Positions 62,840 through 64,000 of a DNA stretch of 64,000 nt are shown here, in pieces. A model generated the notes under the pieces. That model did not search any database. It was not told the DNA's origin and saw only the letters and a program-made list of their open reading frames with translations. The DNA is from a virus, in the IMG/VR virus record IMGVR_UViG_3300046171_000110, positions 1 through 64,000 of that record, one strand, 5' to 3'. Made by a program: the position numbers and the translations under genes. How positions within the stretch are numbered: the stretch's first letter is position 1; the number at the start of each line of letters is the position of its first letter.

Positions 62840-64000
62840 TCAGCAGTGGTAAATTGTATCTTCACTAATCACTTTGACATTCTGTGGCTTGATTTTCATT
62901 GTTGTGAACAGCAGCCCCTTGTCGTCAGGTACAGGTATTGCTAACTCAGTTATGAAGTAATCGTCTGCAATGATTCTCAAACTTGGAGTTGTACCCGACC
63001 CTGTAGTGACAGGTTTGGTGAAATGCAGCATGATAGTACCCCCGGTTGCGCCAGCAGTGCCACCGCGCTGAATGTGAGTTCTTAATTCGTGATAGAGAGA
63101 AGCATTTTCCAAAGCAATAGTGACTTCCATGTCAAAGTTTTCTTTACCTTCTCTAATAATAGATGCGTTGCGAGTACCGCCATAGGGCACCTGCTTGATA
63201 CTGAGATTATCTGAGTTTACAGTCTCAGGTATAGGGTTGCTTTGGATAGTGTGGAAAACTTCTACACCTGTCTTACCCTTCAACTCAAACGCACTAACGA
63301 ATCCTAAGTTTTGGTCAAAAGCGCTGATTGTCCCGTTGTAAAACATAAATGGTTTCTCAGAACCCTTTGCTATACCTGATGCCTTTTTCTCAGCCAGCCC
63401 TGTGGCAACATTCTGGAACATTCGGTTAGCCGTGTATCTATCACCTTTGTTAGCGCTCTCTAGTCTACCTGTATCTGTATAGCAAGAAAGAGCGTCGAAT
63501 ACAGCACGATACTTTAGTTCAGCATCTACTGTACTAGTCAATTCATACTCAACTATTTTACAGCCTTTGAAAACTCTAGTCAATTGTTTTGTGTCACCAG
63601 CCGAGCCGGGCGCTATTGTAGTCTCACCAGCACTGTTGAAAGAACCTAAGTCTCTAGTTCTCACACTGTGTTCTATAGAAAAACTAGGCACAGTTTCTCC
63701 AGAAAACAAAAGCCTTCTGACAGGGTGGAGTATTTTTCTATTAGTATCTACATGAGGGCTACCAAAATTACCATCAGTACTACCGTCAGCGTATTTTCTT
63801 AACTCAATGTCGTCAGTCGTTGTATGTTCAAACTGCCAAGGGTCGTCAACATAAAGTCTGTAATTTCCACCAGTCAAGGCTTCTATTGCAGAAATCCTCC
63901 TACATTCGCTGCTTTCCGCCCATTCAAAGTGATGAGCATCAGAAGAAAGACCTGCGCCGTTTGGCCAGTAAATATTACTACCGGCTCCTAAATCAGGCGC
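62840..64000 (-). CDS. Major tail (tube-like) protein, 5' partial
   Basis: Frame is open to the window edge; PSFSIEH, RVFKGCKI, PFMFYNG and REG..F.MEVTI. Confidence 0.65.
   Translation of the reverse strand, partial: APDLGAGSNIYWPNGAGLSSDAHHFEWAESSECRRISAIEALTGGNYRLYVDDPWQFEHTTTDDIELRKYADGSTDGNFGSPHVDTNRKILHPVRRLLFSGETVPSFSIEHSVRTRDLGSFNSAGETTIAPGSAGDTKQLTRVFKGCKIVEYELTSTVDAELKYRAVFDALSCYTDTGRLESANKGDRYTANRMFQNVATGLAEKKASGIAKGSEKPFMFYNGTISAFDQNLGFVSAFELKGKTGVEVFHTIQSNPIPETVNSDNLSIKQVPYGGTRNASIIREGKENFDMEVTIALENASLYHELRTHIQRGGTAGATGGTIMLHFTKPVTTGSGTTPSLRIIADDYFITELAIPVPDDKGLLFTTMKIKPQNVKVISEDTIYHC

Overview
This window is part of a tailed archaeal virus genome. The gene set best fits a magrovirus-type head-tail virus of Marine Group II Euryarchaeota (Poseidoniales); that assignment is an inference from gene content, not a database match. 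Layout: (1) 1-2013 is a non-coding control region with TCTAAACTG repeats, G-rich tracts, hairpins and a large imperfect palindrome around an AT core. (2) 2014-19370 (+) is a tightly coupled array of small early/accessory genes, including ArdA, three tandem MIDTDKYE paralogues, a HARP-SNF2 helicase, DUF932, a DenV-like glycosylase and PC4. (3) 19375-35655 (+) is an archaeal-type replication module: degenerate ligase, RFC, possible SSB, ATPase, PCNA-like clamp, PolB, Cas4-like nuclease, PriS-PriL fusion, XPF/ERCC4, MCM-like ATPase, DEDD exonuclease, thermosome and GNAT. (4) 35664-64000 (-) is the tail module: tail tube, G/GT-like chaperones, two paralogous tail proteins and a ~5,800-aa giant protein broken by four single-base indels. 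The most notable observation is that two otherwise unrelated late-strand genes share an N-terminal M-x-x-AF-x-x-AW-x-(L/I)-LKS peptide. One of them is a cryptic protein-kinase-fold gene placed antisense in the early region, so the peptide may be a virion cargo-targeting signal. Also notable are a four-copy viral promoter, a ligase lacking its catalytic lysine, a YGHTDS PolB and a miniature protein in the tape-measure slot. Several frameshifts may be sequencing errors. All calls come from reading motifs by eye; no searches were run.
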